DNA of 64,000 bases. It comes from Negaprion brevirostris (lineage: Eukaryota). The translations under genes and the position numbers were made by a program. Of the stretch, positions 62,171-64,000 are shown piece by piece. The stretch is from contig JARDVH010000073.1 in the NCBI GenBank assembly GCA_030324005.1, positions 39,438,329-39,502,328 on the forward strand, in the 5' to 3' direction. A model generated the notes under the pieces. The model saw only the letters and a program-made list of their open reading frames with translations, was not told the DNA's origin and ran no database searches. Numbering within the stretch: the stretch's first letter is position 1; every line of letters starts with the position of its first letter.

Positions 62171-63263
62171 AGCGCCATATCCTGTTCTTATGTTCTCTTC
62201 CTGTTAGGGAACCTCATGAGAACAGAATATGGCGCTTGACTCATCGATCAACAGTTCAACACGCCACAAAAACTGCACCGAACGCCTCAGAAGATAAGCA
62301 CAGGACATGGTGGACAGTGTACCCTTCGTCATCCAGTACTTCCCCAGAGCGGAAAAGCTATGACATCTTGTCCGAAGCCTTCAACATGTCATTGATGAAA
62401 ATAAACATCTCGTCAAGGCCATCCCCACACCCCCACTTCTTGCCTTCAAACAACTGCACAACCTCAAACAGACCATTGTCTGCAGCAAACTACCCAGCCT
62501 TCGGGAGAACAGTGACCACACAACCCTGCCACAGCAACGTCAGCAAGACGTGCCGGATCATCGACACGGATGCCATCATCTCATGTGAGAACAGAATCCA
62601 CCAGGTACACGGTACATACTCTTGCAATCCGGCCAATGTTGTCTACCTGCAGGAAAGGGTGTCCCGAGACATGGTACATTGGGGAGATCATGCAGACGCT
62701 ACGACACCGGATGAATGAACACTGCTCAACAGTCACCAGGCAAGGGTATTCTCTTCCTATTCACTTCAGAGGTCACGGGCATTCGGCTTCTGGTCTTCAG
62801 GTAAGTTTTCTCCAAGGCGGCCTTCACGATACACAACAATGCAGAATCGCTGAGCACAGACTGATAGCCAAGTTCCGCACACGAGGATGGCCTCAACCGG
62901 GATCTTGGGCTCATGTCACAGTATTTGTAATCCTCATGACTTGCCTGGGCTTGTAAAATCTCAATAACTGTCCTATCTGAAGACAATACACATGTCTTTA
63001 ACCTGTGCTTAATGCTCTCTCCACACACATTGTCTGTACCTTTTTAAGACTTGATTACCTGTAAAGACTTGCATTCCAACCATTTATCTTGTAAATTGAG
63101 TTTGTGTCTTTATATGCCCTCTTTGTGAACACAAGTCCTCACTCACCTGAAAAAGGAGCTTCAGGCTCCAAAAGGTCATACTGCCAAATAAATCTATTGG
63201 ACTTTAACCTGGTGTTGTGAGACCTCTTACTGTGCTTACCTCAGTCCGATGCTGGCATCTCCA
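62171..63263 (+). mobile_element. Penelope-like element (family 1): RT C-terminus, Cys linker, GIY-YIG endonuclease and 3' UTR
   Basis: VPFVIQYFP, PPLLAFKQ..NLKQTIVCSKL, KTCRIID, YSCNPANVVYL, frameshift, CRKGCPETWYIGE...RMNEH, HEDGLNRDLG. An 8-bp deletion relative to the 37.7 kb copy breaks the frame. Confidence 0.92.
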
Positions 63264-63389
63264 CAGCATTACTGAATAGGCCAGCATTTAATGCCAATCC
63301 ATAATTGCCCTTGAGAAGGTTGTAGTGAACTGCCTCTTGAATCACAGTCCAGGATCTCACTATGGCTTTAAGTGTATTAAGACTTCTTT

Positions 63390-63610
63390 CAACTACAAAT
63401 GCTGGAACATCTCAGGTCTGACAGCATCTGTGGGGCGAGAATAGATCCAATGTTTCGAGACAGGGTGACCTTTTCTCAGAGCTGTGACAAAGGGTCATCC
63501 TGACTCAACATTGGCTGTCTTCTCTCTCCACAAATGCTACCAGACCTGCTGAGATTTTCCAACGTTTTCTGTTAGTTTCAGATTCCAGCATCTGCATTGT
63601 TTTGCTTCTA
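63390..63610. mobile_element. 221-bp Penelope family 2 foldback element with a 15-bp target-site duplication
   Basis: Imperfect inverted arms at about 63397-63480 and 63485-63570. Perfect flanking repeat tattaagacttcttt (63375-63389 and 63611-63625). Confidence 0.85.
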
Positions 63611-63625
63611 TATTAAGACTTCTTT

Positions 63626-64000
63626 AATGTACTGCAGCATTGTCCAGAGAATTGGTGTCAGGCTGACTGGCTTCTGGTTCTCAGTTTTCTCTCCTTCTCC
63701 TCCCTTGAATAGTTGCATTTGCTAATTTCCAATCTGGGGACTAAAGACTTGGAAAATGATAAACATCAGTCCACTATCTCTGCAGCCATCCTTTTAGAGT
63801 CTTAGGATGTGGATTATGTGGCCGGGGATGTTGGGGACTTGTTGGATTTTTAGTGCGTTATAGTTAGCGAATACTTTTTCTCTGCTAATGCTAATTACTT
63901 TTAAGTTTCTCACTCTCTTCATCCAATGGTTACTCTCTATTATTGATGTAGAATTTGTGTCTTCTACTGTGAAGATTGACACAATATTTGTTCAATATCT
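63626..64000 (-). mobile_element. Old CR1 fragment
   Basis: SIFTVEDT...LKVISISREKV; similar to 19100-19440. Confidence 0.75.

Noticed and set aside
1-63263. The same sequence near both window ends (1-295 and 62935-63225), suggesting a giant LTR element or a circular molecule
   Set aside because: These are dispersed, diverged copies of one Penelope family, with further copies at 37.2 and 49 kb.
1-64000. CRISPR array, operon or prokaryotic defence system
   Set aside because: No regularly spaced repeat-spacer array or gene-dense bacterial-type region is present. The content is vertebrate repeat DNA.

Overview
This is eukaryotic, repeat-dense, AT-rich DNA from a draft assembly with many N gaps. 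Its repeats are HE1-like V-SINEs, a Deu-domain SINE, CR1, L2, Rex1/Babar and Penelope elements, which points to a cartilaginous fish, probably a shark (inference). I found no intact host gene, RNA gene or CRISPR array, and every recognisable ORF is a decayed transposon fragment. Those fragments come from CR1, L2 and Rex1/Babar LINEs, two Penelope families with GIY-YIG domains, a Gypsy integrase with its 3' LTR, a hAT transposase and intron-containing Harbinger Myb/SANT genes. The best second-look items are: (1) three Penelope insertions with foldback ends, two of them compact hairpins with flanking direct repeats and hammerhead-like cores on both strands; (2) an apparent tRNA-headed LINE; (3) one V-SINE body carrying two different LINE-type tails; (4) Harbinger derivatives that keep a spliced Myb gene but show no transposase; (5) an LF-SINE-like relic, a CTCF-like site and several islands that look like conserved noncoding elements. 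None can be called a new system from sequence alone. Family names come from recalled consensus motifs, not database searches, and most boundaries are approximate.
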